A stretch of 64,000 nucleotides of DNA from Tricharina praecox (lineage: Eukaryota), in assembly GCF_024521635.1 (NCBI RefSeq), contig NW_026250403.1, positions 806,001 to 870,000 on the forward strand, given 5' to 3'. Position numbers and translations under genes: made by a program. Below, in pieces: positions 12,823-25,122 of this stretch. Within the stretch, counting starts at the first letter, position 1. The number at the start of each line of letters is the position of its first letter. A model generated the notes under the pieces. That model was not told the DNA's origin, did not search any database, and was given only the letters and a program-made list of their open reading frames with translations.

Positions 12823-13044
12823 CTTTTCGAAGATGCGGATTAGTAAAGAGATGGTACAAGGGTAGTAGTAGGAAGTGAAGTATGCAGCATGAAGCAGAGG
12901 CTATTTTAGGGGGGAGGGGGTGAGTGTTGCAGCAGTGCAGTTGTGGCTGATATTGAATTGACAACAGCCGATAGATCGTAAAACGAGAGACCGAAGCGAA
13001 GATGAAGCGGATGAGGGAGAGGGAAGGGATGGTTACTTACTTAC
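12823..13044 (-). other. Probable 5'-UTR intron of the ABC transporter gene
   Basis: On the minus strand: perfect donor GTAAGT at 13044, branch ACTAAT at ~12845-12840, and AAAG acceptor at ~12823, all upstream of the ATG at 12683. Confidence 0.5.
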
Positions 13045-13906
13045 GTAGGGACGTGCTCGGACGGGCTTTAACAGCAACGGAGGCAGCCGAGAACAATGCT
13101 AGGATGGAGAGGGAAGGGAGAGTGAGAGAGTGAGAGAGTGTGTGGGGGGAGGGGGAGAGGAGGGGGAGGGAGAGAGGGAGATCGTCAGGGCAAGTTGGAA
13201 GCTGGCGGAGTAGCTCGAGTTGCGAAGAGCAGAGCAGATCAGTACAGGAACGAACGAATGGGGAAGGGGAGGGTCAAAGGAAGGAAAGCCTGAAGTGGCA
13301 GCAGCAACAACAGCTTCAACACAGTGCAGCGAGCTGCCGGAATATCAAAGAGTCCAGGTGAGTTGATCGACGCAATGGAACAGAAATGCTGAATACGCTC
13401 GGGACGGATATGCTAACTACGTACGATGGCAGGCAGGTATGGCGAGGCAGGAGGCTGGATGCAACGAATGCAACGAATGCAACCCTGAGGAGCAGCACTG
13501 TCGAGTCTCGACGGCCAAACAATTATAGAATAAAAATAAAACAACACCCGGCGGCAGGGAAGAATTCGATGCGGCAGCGGCAGTCTGGCAGCATGCACTC
13601 AACACCAGTACCAGTACGGTCCACCGGCCACCAAATGGGACGAAACGGCGGAGAGAGGGGCAAAATAAAAGGAAGCGTCCCGGAGGCAAACAGAAAACAG
13701 AAAACAAACGAAGAAACGAAGAAACGTGCGGCTCAGCACTGGGCTCGATTGGCGGCGGCTGGCTTGCTGGCTGGCTTGCTGGCTGTTCGGGCTCGCTTTT
13801 GCGGGTGCGGAAAACGGTTCACTCGCTTGCTCCAGACATCTACTATACTGCGGCCGATGTGCACCACCCACCGATCGATCTCCGGCAACAGAGACACAAA
13901 GGGCAG

Positions 13907-13979
13907 AACAGGCAACAGGCAACAGGCAACAGGCAACAGGCAACAGGCAACAAGCAGCAGGCAGCAGGCAGCAGGCAAC
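13907..13979. repeat. (GGCAACA)n heptamer microsatellite degenerating into (GGCAGCA)n
   Basis: Tandem repeat seen directly. It explains several spurious ORFs here. Confidence 0.9.
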
Positions 13980-16900
13980 GATACCGCCGTGATGGATGGT
14001 GATGCCGAATATTGGCGATGGTTGCTGGCGAGGAGGAGGAGGAAGAGGAGGGAAGAGGGAGAGGATGATTACGCTGAGGGCTGGCGAGCTTGGAATGCAA
14101 ATTCGACGGCCCGGCGCAGGGTGGATCGTCCTCTTCCCTTTTGACTGCGCACAGAAATTGGTCCGTTGGGTCGCTTTACTCATCTCGCTCCATGATCCAT
14201 GGCAACAACGAATGCGCCAACACCATTGGCAATCAACAGATTAATCAATCACTACAACGATGGCACCAATATAGCTAACGTCCACACCCAACACCGTAAT
14301 CAACTCGACACGCACCTGTCCATCCTAACCAACCATACGCCACCACCACCACCACCACCACCAACACCACTACAACAGCCCAGAACTCAGAGCATGGAGC
14401 CCGGAGCCCAACGATGAATGACCTCACCTCCACCGCCAGAATCATCACCGGCATCATCCACAACACCGTCTCTTGTCGGACACCAAGACTCACTATGGAA
14501 CGAATCGCATGTGGGCTGGTGTGTGGGAAAGGAACGGAGAGCAATGGCAAATTACCTACACACCTCTTACGTCCGTACCAGCCAGCCAGTCCTTGGGTCA
14601 GCTAGTCAGTCAGTCCTCCAGCTAGCCAGCCAGCCAGCGCCGGACAGACACGAATGAGCGAGCTGGCCGACTGACAGATAAACGGAAGGCGAGCTCCTGG
14701 CGATGCCCATCGCCAACAACAGCAAGAAAACCAGGCAGGTTGGAGCCCGTATCGTCAGAGTTGGTGCCCATCTTTCTCCATCGTAGGTACCTCACCGCCT
14801 ACACGCTTTCAAGCAATCCAACTAGAACTGATATCCTCCCTAGGCCCCCAACCTAATCCCCCAACACTCGTTTCATCGACCAATACGAAGGCTGGCCGGC
14901 CAAGGTGGTGTCCAGAATATCGAAATATCTCATGGGTACATGCCGTCGTACATAGCACTACCGCCGCCGTGGATTCTCACTCTCCGGGTGATCTGATCCT
15001 CACTGTCGGCAATCTGCTGTAAGCACACCAGCACTCCGTCGACCGTCGACCCTCGGCCCTCGACTCTGCTCCTTCCCTCCCTCCATCCCTCCCTCCCTCT
15101 CTCCTTCCGCCACACAACACCCCACCCCTCCCCACCCCCCACTCGTCCCATCCACTCCTCGCCCTTTCCTTTTCCAACATGCCGCGAAAAGAAAAAAAGA
15201 AAAAGGGTGTGCCAAGCTGACATCTTTCAAGTGCACATCCACACGTACACACTTGCTTAGGTACGTATATCCATCCACATGTGTCCATTTTCTCCGGCAT
15301 TCATTTTTGCCTTTCCGCCGTACACGTCAGTCAGGTCGAGTCGGTGTCTTCAGAAAGGACAGGACAGGACTCGCCCATCCCCCCTCCCCCTTCCCCAAAG
15401 GGACCGGCTGCATCAAGGCTCCGCACCCACGCCCTCAGGCCAGCTCTGCCAATATTCGCCGTCCGCAATCAATCTTCGCGGACCCTATTCGGGCTCGCAC
15501 CTCACACCTTTAAGGCTCTTTTGGAAGTCGCTTGTTGCGCATTTCCCGGCGTACCACTTGCCATTGGTTACCAAACACCCAGAACCCTGGTGATTTGTCG
15601 GTGTGGACCTTCTGGTCAGCGGCGCACGGACACCTACTCACACTACCTTGTCCCAGGAAGAGGACCAACTCCCCCCCCTCCCCCCTCCCCCCCTCCCTCC
15701 TCATTCCACACCAATTCGGGTCCATCCTGGAAAGTATCTACATTTTCCCCAGACCCATACACGCACCTGCCAGCAGGATTCCGAGATGCAACTGTCAAAC
15801 GGAATGTCACCGCCCGTCCGTCCCGTCGCTGACGACTGCACTCCACAGCAAAGCTGGTGCCGGTACATCGAAAAAGTTCTCGGATTACGGACGGCCACTT
15901 TGTTTAACTGCCATGTACACGGTAGTACACGCAAACCGACCGGCGACCGCTCATCAGCATCATCAATCAGCAGATAATAAAAGGCCCGGGAACCGGATAC
16001 TTCACCTTGCATAATGCAATGGGCCAATACTCTCCCATATCAGGGCAGGCATCATCACCACTGGCTGGCAGGCGCTCCATTCAAGCCCGGCAGTGGGACG
16101 GAATCCAGTCTATGTCCGTATGCACCTTGGGGTTCCGGGTGGTTTCACTGCAGTATTTATCCCGGGAGGAGCATCATTAGCTTGCACGTATTTGTGTAGT
16201 GTGTGGTGGCCAATTCAAGGGAGTCTGGTCCTGCGGGGTATGTGGGTAGGTTGGGGTTTTTTTTCGCAGTTATCTTGAAGCGTATCCCTTCCTTCTCGAC
16301 TCGGCTTGCTGGACTGTGTTCCGATAGGCAACTTCTAATCGTGGCCTTCGGAAGGTAGGGGGCGGTATACCACGTCGATCATAACAACAGCGGCTGCGCG
16401 CTGCCGGTTGGGCGTGTAAACCAAAGGGACAACTTGGCCCTGGCCTGCACTCGACCGAGTGAGTATTTGTGATTTCCCGCCTGCATAAACGCGTCCATCC
16501 CACAGTTCTGAAAGGAGACATAGGTAAGTGCTTGGAATGGACCCGGATTCCCGGTCACTTGACAACGGGTTGCTTCCTCAAATGCACACGCACTTTGCAT
16601 TCCAAGCCGGCAATAGCGCCTATTGCGCGGACTTGGCTGGACGGCGGGTTCCGACGCCGGGACTTTGTCTCTCTGGCCCTACTCAAGTACCTACCTGCCG
16701 GGGGCACACAGGCGGATCTACTGATTTCTCGCAAGAGATTTTCTCCGGAAGCGGTGGTGCTTCGTTTTTGATATGTGGGGGTGAAAATTAATGACAGCAT
16801 TCCTCATGCTCAGTCAGACATTGAACCGCGTCTAGAGCTGACGGCGTTTGAGGAATGCTCGGAAGAGATTTCCATGCTTTCATGCTTGCTTCTTCCATCC

Positions 16901-17626
16901 TTGCTTGGCATACCTTCCGCTCTCTACTGCGACTGCGCGGTTTGCAGCTATCGGTAGCTCACACATCAGGAAGTAACTTCCCCATTGATCGATGTTCTCT
17001 CGCCCAAAAAAGAAAAACAAAAAGTGCAACATCGACTCTATTCTCGGTGGCTTTTTCGACAATTCCATCGACGATCTGTACTCGGCTTTCCGGTCTGGCC
17101 CCCATGATTCCGCACAACGATCGGCACTTGTTGGACCCAGGTCTCGGCAATCGTTTGATGTGCAGGTAGCTATGCGTCGGGAGTGGAGCTTCATAGTTTC
17201 TCGTTCATTCGTAATGTATATGTATGTACGTTACTTTACGCGGATCCGGGACGATAGATTGGAAATGGACCGCCTGCGCGGATTAATACCCAGCTTATGG
17301 TAATACGGGGTTAGGCGGGAGAGTATGTGGGTCTTGACGAAGAAGTGAAGTCGTGTTAAGGTTGGGCTTTTGGGAGCGGGCGTCGGGCGGCTCCAGCGAT
17401 ACGGATGTAGTGAAATGCCAAGAGTCGGTGCTGTGTTGCTGTTCCCGTAGATATTCAGGATAATATCGGATTGGGAGTCTATGACTCTACAGCCGGCTCC
17501 ATCACGCGGCTCCATCACGATGCGTTGCCGTGAAATGCCAATGCCGGTACGTACAACCTCTGTATCTAAGTGTGTACATATACCGAAATGAAAACTTCCC
17601 CACGCCCTCCCCACCCTCCAACAAGG

Positions 17627-18673
17627 CTACTCCTTCTTCTTGAAAAAACTTGTCAACTTCGCCATGCCCCTGGTATTAACCTTTCCTAGCTCCCTGACGC
17701 CTCGACTAACATTCTTCTTCTTCTTCGCCTCGTCTTCCTCGGTCTTCCGTTTCTTCTCTGCCTTCGCATCGGAGGCTTCATCGTCATTCCCACGCTTCAG
17801 CGAGAAGTCTCCCGACCGGGCGGCGGCAGAGTCGAGGCGTAGCTGCTTGAGATGTGCTAGGTGTTCGTCCAGTATCGCGAAATCGTGGACAGAGGCGAGG
17901 TGCTCGGTGAGTGCTGTGGCTAGAGATGTGGGGAGGTATGTGCTGCCGAGGAATTGTGCAGATACGCGGAGGCGGAGGAGGTGTGTCATGGCGGCGTCTG
18001 GCTCCTCCTTCGGTGTATCCTCCATATCCCCCTCCTTCTTCTCATCGCTCTCCTTCTCCGCAGCTGTGGTCTCCTCCTCCTCGCCGCTCCGGGCCTCGAG
18101 CACCACCACAGACGCGGCAGTAACCGGCTTGACCAACGGCCTCCTCACAAACTCCTCCTCGAGACTCCTCGGCAGCGCCTGCGCCATAGCCTGACACTTC
18201 CTTGCCAGCACTCTCCGCGTTTTCTCCAAGCACAGGCGATACGCCTTTTCCCCGCCCGCATCGATAGCCGCACACACGGCGCGGACCCTGCGCTCAACGA
18301 CGTTTCTCTGCGCGGCCAGCACGGCCGCCCACACCGCAGGCAGCTCATCGAGCAGGTCGTCGAGCGGGAGGAAATGCTTCTCGTCCGCCTTCGCGAGCAG
18401 GTGCGGGAGCAGCAGGAAGAGTGGGTCTAAGGGAGTGGAAATGTACAGGCTCCCGTCTGAGAGCGTGTACCCCGGCGACGGGTGTGTGAGGAGCCAGGAC
18501 CGTGGCTGCGATGATGGAGGCGTGATCTTGGTCAGCTCGTGGAGGCCCGCGGAAGGGTGCAGGAGGTAGCGGGTCGGTGTGCTGGTACGCGGGTGGGGGA
18601 GCGTCAGGATTTTGGTTGGGGACGTGGAGGATGGCGTGGGCAGGATCGCTATTAGGGTCGGTGGGGGAGGCAT
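17627..18673 (-). CDS. RNH202: Ribonuclease H2 subunit B (Ydr279/Rnh202 family), intronless, 348 aa
   Basis: Contains ILTLPHPRT, RSWL, DGSLYISTPLDPLFLLLP, and the C-terminal SRGVRELGKVNTRGMAKLTSFFKK with the PIP-box-like ending typical of RNase H2B. Confidence 0.9.
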   Translation of the reverse strand: MPPPPTLIAILPTPSSTSPTKILTLPHPRTSTPTRYLLHPSAGLHELTKITPPSSQPRSWLLTHPSPGYTLSDGSLYISTPLDPLFLLLPHLLAKADEKHFLPLDDLLDELPAVWAAVLAAQRNVVERRVRAVCAAIDAGGEKAYRLCLEKTRRVLARKCQAMAQALPRSLEEEFVRRPLVKPVTAASVVVLEARSGEEEETTAAEKESDEKKEGDMEDTPKEEPDAAMTHLLRLRVSAQFLGSTYLPTSLATALTEHLASVHDFAILDEHLAHLKQLRLDSAAARSGDFSLKRGNDDEASDAKAEKKRKTEEDEAKKKKNVSRGVRELGKVNTRGMAKLTSFFKKKE

Positions 18674-18736
18674 TGGCGGTACTGCTGGTGGTGGTGCTGG
18701 TGGTGCTGGTGGTGCTGGCTGGGAAGGATAGTGATG

Positions 18737-18858
18737 GCGCGTGAACTGAGTGAGGAGACGTGTTTACGTCGGACGCGTTTGGGTCTAGGTACTCTAGAGT
18801 TGGTGTGGTTTTGGGTTTGTCGCGTAGATGGATGGGAAGGTTTCACGCGGGACCGCGC
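18737..18858. promoter_or_regulatory. Cluster of MCB-like (CGCG-core) elements in the RNH202/MCM10 divergent promoter
   Basis: Perfect ACGCGT at 18773-18778, plus GCGCGT (18737), TCGCGT (18820), ACGCGG (18845) and CCGCGC (18853) within ~120 bp. Confidence 0.5.
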
Positions 18859-19250
18859 TGTGAAGAGTTTGTGTGTACGAACCCATGGAGAACAAACCGA
18901 GTGGTTACTGGACGTGGTCTCACTGCGCCCTGCCAACTTTTCCCCATCTCGAATCTCTGTAATTCTTCAGTAAATAGGCTTCCAATGGATTCATGATAGG
19001 AAGCCGTTGGTTATCTAAGCTTGTCGCCGTTCCTACACCCCTGCATTGTAGCATCCACTTCACTGTCTATCTGTCTGTCGTGTCATCGGTCATCCACCAT
19101 CCTTCGTCCAACGTCGGTGCAAACAGAGCCAATCACCCAATCTTGTGATCGTGAGCCGAATACATAGAATAGCAACTATCTCGACTACAACAATAGCAAC
19201 AACAGCAGCAGCAGCATCAACAGCCGAACAGCGGAAAGATTAGCAAGCAC

Positions 19251-21537
19251 ATGCCACTCGACGATGTCCAGCGCCGCCGCCTCCTCCAACAACAAAGGTA
19301 AGTGCCTAACCTCCGCGCGCCACTCCCCACGAGTGATTCCCAGCTCACTCGCCGCGACCCGTTTGCACAAACAGATATAGTGTGGCCACCACAAACCACA
19401 CAAGATGTGCTGAACCTCACGCCTCGTAAGAACCGGCACAACTACACGATGTCGAACCCCCCGCTCTCGCCATCACCACTCCGACGCTCCTCGCAGCCCG
19501 CGCAATTGGACGGCGGACCCTCCAGCGGCGACGAAGAATCTACCGACGAGGACGAGGAGGTGCTGAAATTGAAGCTGCTAAGGATCGAGGCGAAGTTGAA
19601 ACTCAAGCGGCTCGAGAAACAGAAAAAGAAGCGGGCGCTCGCGGCGGCGGTCGGAGGAGGTGGAGGGGGGAGAGGGAGGGCAGAGGAGAAGAAGGAAACC
19701 AAGTCGGCTGCTCCGGTCGTCGAAGTCCCCCTGTCGCCATCCGCGAGACGGTCGCTGGCAACGCATCCTCCTTCGCCGAAATCGCCGTCGAGGGTCCTAC
19801 TCGGTATCGATAGGGGCCTTACCGGGAAAGATGTTTCGTTGCGTCGTGCGCCGCAGTATAGGAAGCAACCGGCACCCATTGCTAGAGCACCTTCCCCGAC
19901 ACGCCCCGCGAAAACATTCAGCCAGCGACTTGCGGAGGAGCGCTCGCGCGAGAATGAAAAGTTTGAGAAGCAGAAGAAGATTGCTCAGACGAGGAGTAAA
20001 GGGTTTGGGTTCGAGGCCGATGCGGAAGCGGGAGTGGGAGCGGCGGGAGGAGTGTCCACACAGGCGGCGCAGAGAGCTACACATTCGTTCACGTCTATCC
20101 TCTCCGGCTATGATCAGAACCAGCCGAATAATCGCCTCTCAAAATCATTCACGTTCACGGCCGGCGGTGGCTCCTCGCAGAATATAGGCCGCCCGGCCTC
20201 GCCTACCCGACCGTCGTCTGCCCCCCATGCTGCACCCGCACCGGAAGAATCTACCGATGAAGCAGGCTTCGATTCGTTTTCGGGCTTGCACCTGCTCCGG
20301 CGTGTCACCCCGCATCCTACGGTCTCTCGGTACTTGGCGCAGAAGACCATCTTCCAGCTGCCCGAGCTCCTCAAGACCATCGTCTCGCCAGACTACGAAC
20401 CACCAGAGGTAGAAGGCGATTGGGTCGTTGTGGCGACCATCTGCTCCAAGTCGGATCCACGAAGTGTTGGCCAAAATACTGGCGCCAAAGACACCGGCAA
20501 GAAGTACATGGTGATGCAGCTGACGGACTTGAAGTGGGAGATTGAGCTCTTCCTCTTCGGCGCGGGCTTCGAACGTTTCTGGAAGCTCCCAGTCGGCACA
20601 GTCGTTGCCCTGCTAAATCCTGGCGTCATGAAGCCACGCAACAAGGACTCCGGCCGGTTTTCGCTCACCATATCCGACGACGCAGCCGACTGCCTCCTGG
20701 AAATCGGCTTCGCGCGGGACCTTGGCTTTTGCCGCTCCACTAAGCGCGACGGGAAGCAATGCGGCACATGGATCGACAAGCGCCACACCCACTTCTGCGC
20801 CTTCCACGTTGAGCAAACCGTCAAGAAGGCGCGCGTCTCCCGCGCCGAAGTCAACAGCATGACCAGCCTCTTCTCGCCGCCGAAAAAAGGCACCCTCAAG
20901 CCCCGGAAGTTCCTCAGCGCGCGCGGTGCAGGCGGCCGCGCAAAGGAACGCGACGACGGCCTCCTCCAAGAAGGTCCCATCGCCGACGTACCGCAGCGTC
21001 TCGGCGGCGCAGGCGGCAACATCTTTGTCGCTCCCGGCCGCTCCACCGCCGCCCTCCTCGACGACGAAGACTACCTTGCCAGCAACTTCTCGCGCGGCAC
21101 CAAGGAGGACCGCCTTCACAAGCGTCTCGAGGACGGCAAGCGCGAGCGCGAGCTTACAAAACGCATAATCGAGTCCCAGGGTCGCGAGGGCGGCTTGGGC
21201 GCTCAGTACCTTCGCACCCGCATCGGAGACACAGCGAGCGATAAGGAACGGGCGGCTACCCGTGCCCGCGAGGCGGCGGATCGGAAACAAGTACCCATCC
21301 CACCCCCCGTCTCTCCCAGCACAACACTAACACCCAGAATAGGTATCGGAGTCCCTCTCATCGCTCCGCAACAACAGCGCCCGCGACATTCGACTATCGC
21401 CGATTAAGCGGAAGCGCGCAGGAACTATGGGCTCCGCCCCGGTGGTGAAGAAGACAAGGTTTGCGCCTGCGCCTACGCCGGTGCCGGTGCGGGCGAATGC
21501 CATTGATGATGATGATCTGGATATTGTCCATGAGTAA
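19251..21537 (+). CDS. MCM10: DNA replication factor Mcm10/Cdc23, 3 exons (~19251-19297, 19373-21289, 21341-21537)
   Basis: N-terminal coiled coil (EEVLKLKLLRIEAKLKLKRL), OB fold (GDWVVVATICSKS...LTDLKWEIELFLFG...VALLNP) and the CCCH zinc finger CRSTKRDGKQCGTWIDKRHTHFCAFH. Introns are GTAAGT..CAG and GTACCC..CTAAC..TAG. The protein ends DDDDLDIVHE*. Confidence 0.93.
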
Positions 21538-24500
21538 AATGATTGTGATGCGATACCCGGGGAGTTTTTTTTGGCGCTTTTATTTTCGAGAGAGGGAGAG
21601 GAATGGGGAGGGGGGGTGGGTGTATAAGTTTGAGTTTTGCCGGTTGTCTATAGATACTTCTTGGAATAGTGCTCGAGCCCAGGAGAAGGGGACGAGTATA
21701 TGGTCATGCCATGTCACTCGGGTTGGCCGTCCTTTTGGATAGTTACTTGTTCGCAGTAGGTGCATGGATACGTCACTCGTTCCGTTCCCTTGAATAAAAG
21801 GATCCTTTCTATGATTGAAATCCTCTTCCGTGGTTGTGTTACTGAGCATACGTTTTTGAACTTGTGCAAAATGCACTCCAGTGTGTACCGCCTAGACATC
21901 TTGGATAAATTAAGTACCCGAACCTGTGTTTAGGACCTCGAGACGGTTTCGTGTAGATGAAGCCCCCCCACCCACCCACTACCACTACCACCACCACACA
22001 CATGCGACCACTTTCTAATATCTGCAAAACAGCCGGCCCAAAACCTAGCCACAGCCTGTGATGTGTCTGTATTGCTCCAACTCGGGGTGATCAGCATGGT
22101 TTTAGATTAGCGATTACCTGGAGAAGTGAATGAGGAGGAGAGGTGTAAGACAGTATCTACATAAGAAGGAGTTTCTACTTTCTGACCGGTCGCTCGCTCG
22201 CTTGAATGCTTGATTACGGTAGTTATCCTTCACAGTGGTTTGAAGTTTCACGTTCATCGCGAGCACTTTGGATATAATGTTTCCACGTGTCGTGCAGTGC
22301 ACAGTTCACGCCACAGCGCGCGGTAATAGGAGAGTACACTGTACGACTGGCTGTGCACAGTGCGAGTCCTGGATATAGAATTTCTGGCAAATGCACTCGT
22401 ACCACGGTAGTGACGGGAGTTGCCCAGCACCTTGTACTTCACTCCCCACACCCCTCCCGAGTCCCCAGACGCCGTTCGAGTTTCAGTTTCAGTTCGCTCG
22501 ACGATTCCTACAGATACGGAGTTACGCAAGCTACACAGGTACATACGTGAATGCGCCGGGTGCATTGACATGTCTCTCGCGAGGTCCACTGGACGTGCGC
22601 CTGGCACTTGCAGATCCCGGACGTGCCCTACATCATATGTGTACCGCCTACTAAACTTGTAGGACAGGGCAGGGGAGGAATACCTACATAGGATGAAACG
22701 GCGGTTCTGCACTTGCATTTGCACTTGTGCCCGTTACTCTATATCTAGTACTGTCACGTAGCTGAGGAAGGTATGTATGTGGCTAGGTAACTAGGTAAGA
22801 CGGCGGGGGGCTATGTTTTCGAGATGTGGAGACAATCGCAACTGGAGTCTGGGGGAATGGAGGGGGGAGGGAGGCTTCGCGGATCCAAAACTCCCAAGAC
22901 CCCAAGGCCCAAGACCCCAAGAGACCGCAGCATAGGCGGGTGGATAACTGACGGCGAAGGCGCTTGTATGTGAGCTGCAGCCCCACGAAATTATCGATCA
23001 CCGGTTCAGGGCGAAATTAGCCGTTTCCTGTCTCCAAGATCCATCCAGGTGCGCCGTCGTCATGAAAGCAACAAATCCCCCCACCTCTCCCCTGTGCGAC
23101 TCCATCCGTCCGTTCTTGCAAAATAAAACGTCAACGGATGTATCGCCTGTCACTTTATCATGTATATACTTAAATCCCGCCGGTAACTTGCGCTGCAGGC
23201 CGGGAGCATCTATTCATCGACTGTCTCTCATATCCGTCTCGGTATGTAGATAGTCGTGTGCAAGTGCAAGTGCTCGGTGTCGCAGGTAATCGGCATTGAT
23301 GTCGAGAGCATGAGGGCTGGACAGTACCGTATGGCCGTGGTCTAATTGCCTCTGGTCAAATTCGAGAAAAACATCCCACTGCACATTGCCGACGTCTGGC
23401 TCTCGGTGATCACGGCGGCACTTAGTGCTATATATAATCGTGCCCTGACAGATGGGGGGAATGTGTCCGATCAGAGAATGTAAGAACTATAAACAGACGA
23501 TGGAGATTGGAATTGACATTCCTCATTCAAGCGACCGAAAGCGAACCGCATTCCCAACTTCCAAGTCGTAGCCGGAACCATCTTGCGGGTTTCTTGATGG
23601 TTAATTGCTAAGGAAGATGGCTCCTGGGTAAGACGTCTTGGAGGCCTTCCAGCCCATGAGAAGGGAGAAAGCGGCGCCATCACGTCGTACATACTTGGTA
23701 CTATAGGTACGAGTGACTAATTCACTTGAAACTCCTAGCAGCAGTAGTATTGCCTTTGCACTCCCCCCGCCATTCCAGTCGCAATCTGACTCGGCTTCTT
23801 CACAATATCCATCCTTCTGCTGCGTCCACCGCCGGGAATCGGGTGGGCAGATGGCCTATATGGGTTCCGCATTCACTCCTGCTCTTCCGCTGAGTCCTTC
23901 GTCCGTCATCGGGAACTTACTTCCCTAGCTTACCGCTGGACAAGTAACAAGTTCACCGCACCATGTCTGCGTTTCCTCCCACTCGGGCCATCACTTTTTG
24001 AAACAACATGCGCCGAGATAATAGCATATTGACGCGAGCGGGTCCGCGGCTCCTCAGTAAGTCTCCAAGGAAACTACACGATCCTCAAGAGATAAATAGA
24101 GTCTGACTCAGGTAGAGTGCAATGGTTTCTTGCGCCCCTCCCCGCCTCCTCTTCTTCTCGGGAGGACTGTCGAAGACTTTCTTGGGCGCAATCGACGGCT
24201 TATTGAAGTTGATGGATGGTCGGTCCTTATCAGCATCAGGTGCACAACACCTCAGCTGAAAGCTGAAGGAGGGATGATAGATCCCTCAATATTGGCAGAT
24301 TTCCGGAGCCTTGCTAAGTAGAGTAGTCGAGATGCTCCCAGAGGTTCCATTGGTTTCGGTCACGCTGGCCTATTGATTTTTGGGCTGGAGGGATCGTTCG
24401 CTGTCATTCCCGTTGAATTCTGTCGAGCCTGTTGTCGAGACCATACGAGCGATGTCGGAGATCTATTGTGGAAGTTAGTAAAGCATAATCAATGTATGTG

Positions 24501-25122
24501 GAGTCCTTACCAGTATCTAGTGTGTGAAAAGAAGACGGAGAATGCGATCCATTTAATTTGGCGGTGAAGAGACCAGAGTACTCGACTGTCTACCGTAGAA
24601 TTCTGATAACGAGTCGCACTTTTGAAAAGCGACTCTTGGAGAAACGGCATGTCTGCGAGGGCTGAGATGGCGAGGTGATGTTGTTGGGAGATGAGGCTGC
24701 TGTTATCGTGAACTATTCCACGAACAATTAAGTTAGTGTACACGGCCATTCCTGGCACGTCATCCGAATCCACCACCATCCCCAGATTCAAAACTCCGAC
24801 GCGCGCCACGCCAGACTACGTGACGATCCAATCAGACGGAACGGTTTCGGCAGGAAATGGAGGAAGCCGCAGAGCTCGGATATCGCGGTCCCGCGGTTAC
24901 TAGAGGTACTTAAACAACACTTTACCCCCGGTGCAAATTTAGGGAAAGGGAACAAAAGGGAGCCGGAGCATCCTTGACGCCCATCTCTCTCACCCCTTCT
25001 CTCACTCCCGCTCGTTGCTTTTCGACCCTCGCCATATCATCCTATCCCTTGATTTTGCCGGCCCTGATTCGTTCTTTCCTGTTGTCACCACTGCTACTAT
25101 CTCGGCCGTCGTTATTTCCAAG

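Noticed and set aside
13386-17614. Numerous 60-250 aa ORFs between the ABC transporter and RNH202
   Set aside because: They are low-complexity or repeat-driven, with no recognisable domains or consistent splice structure.
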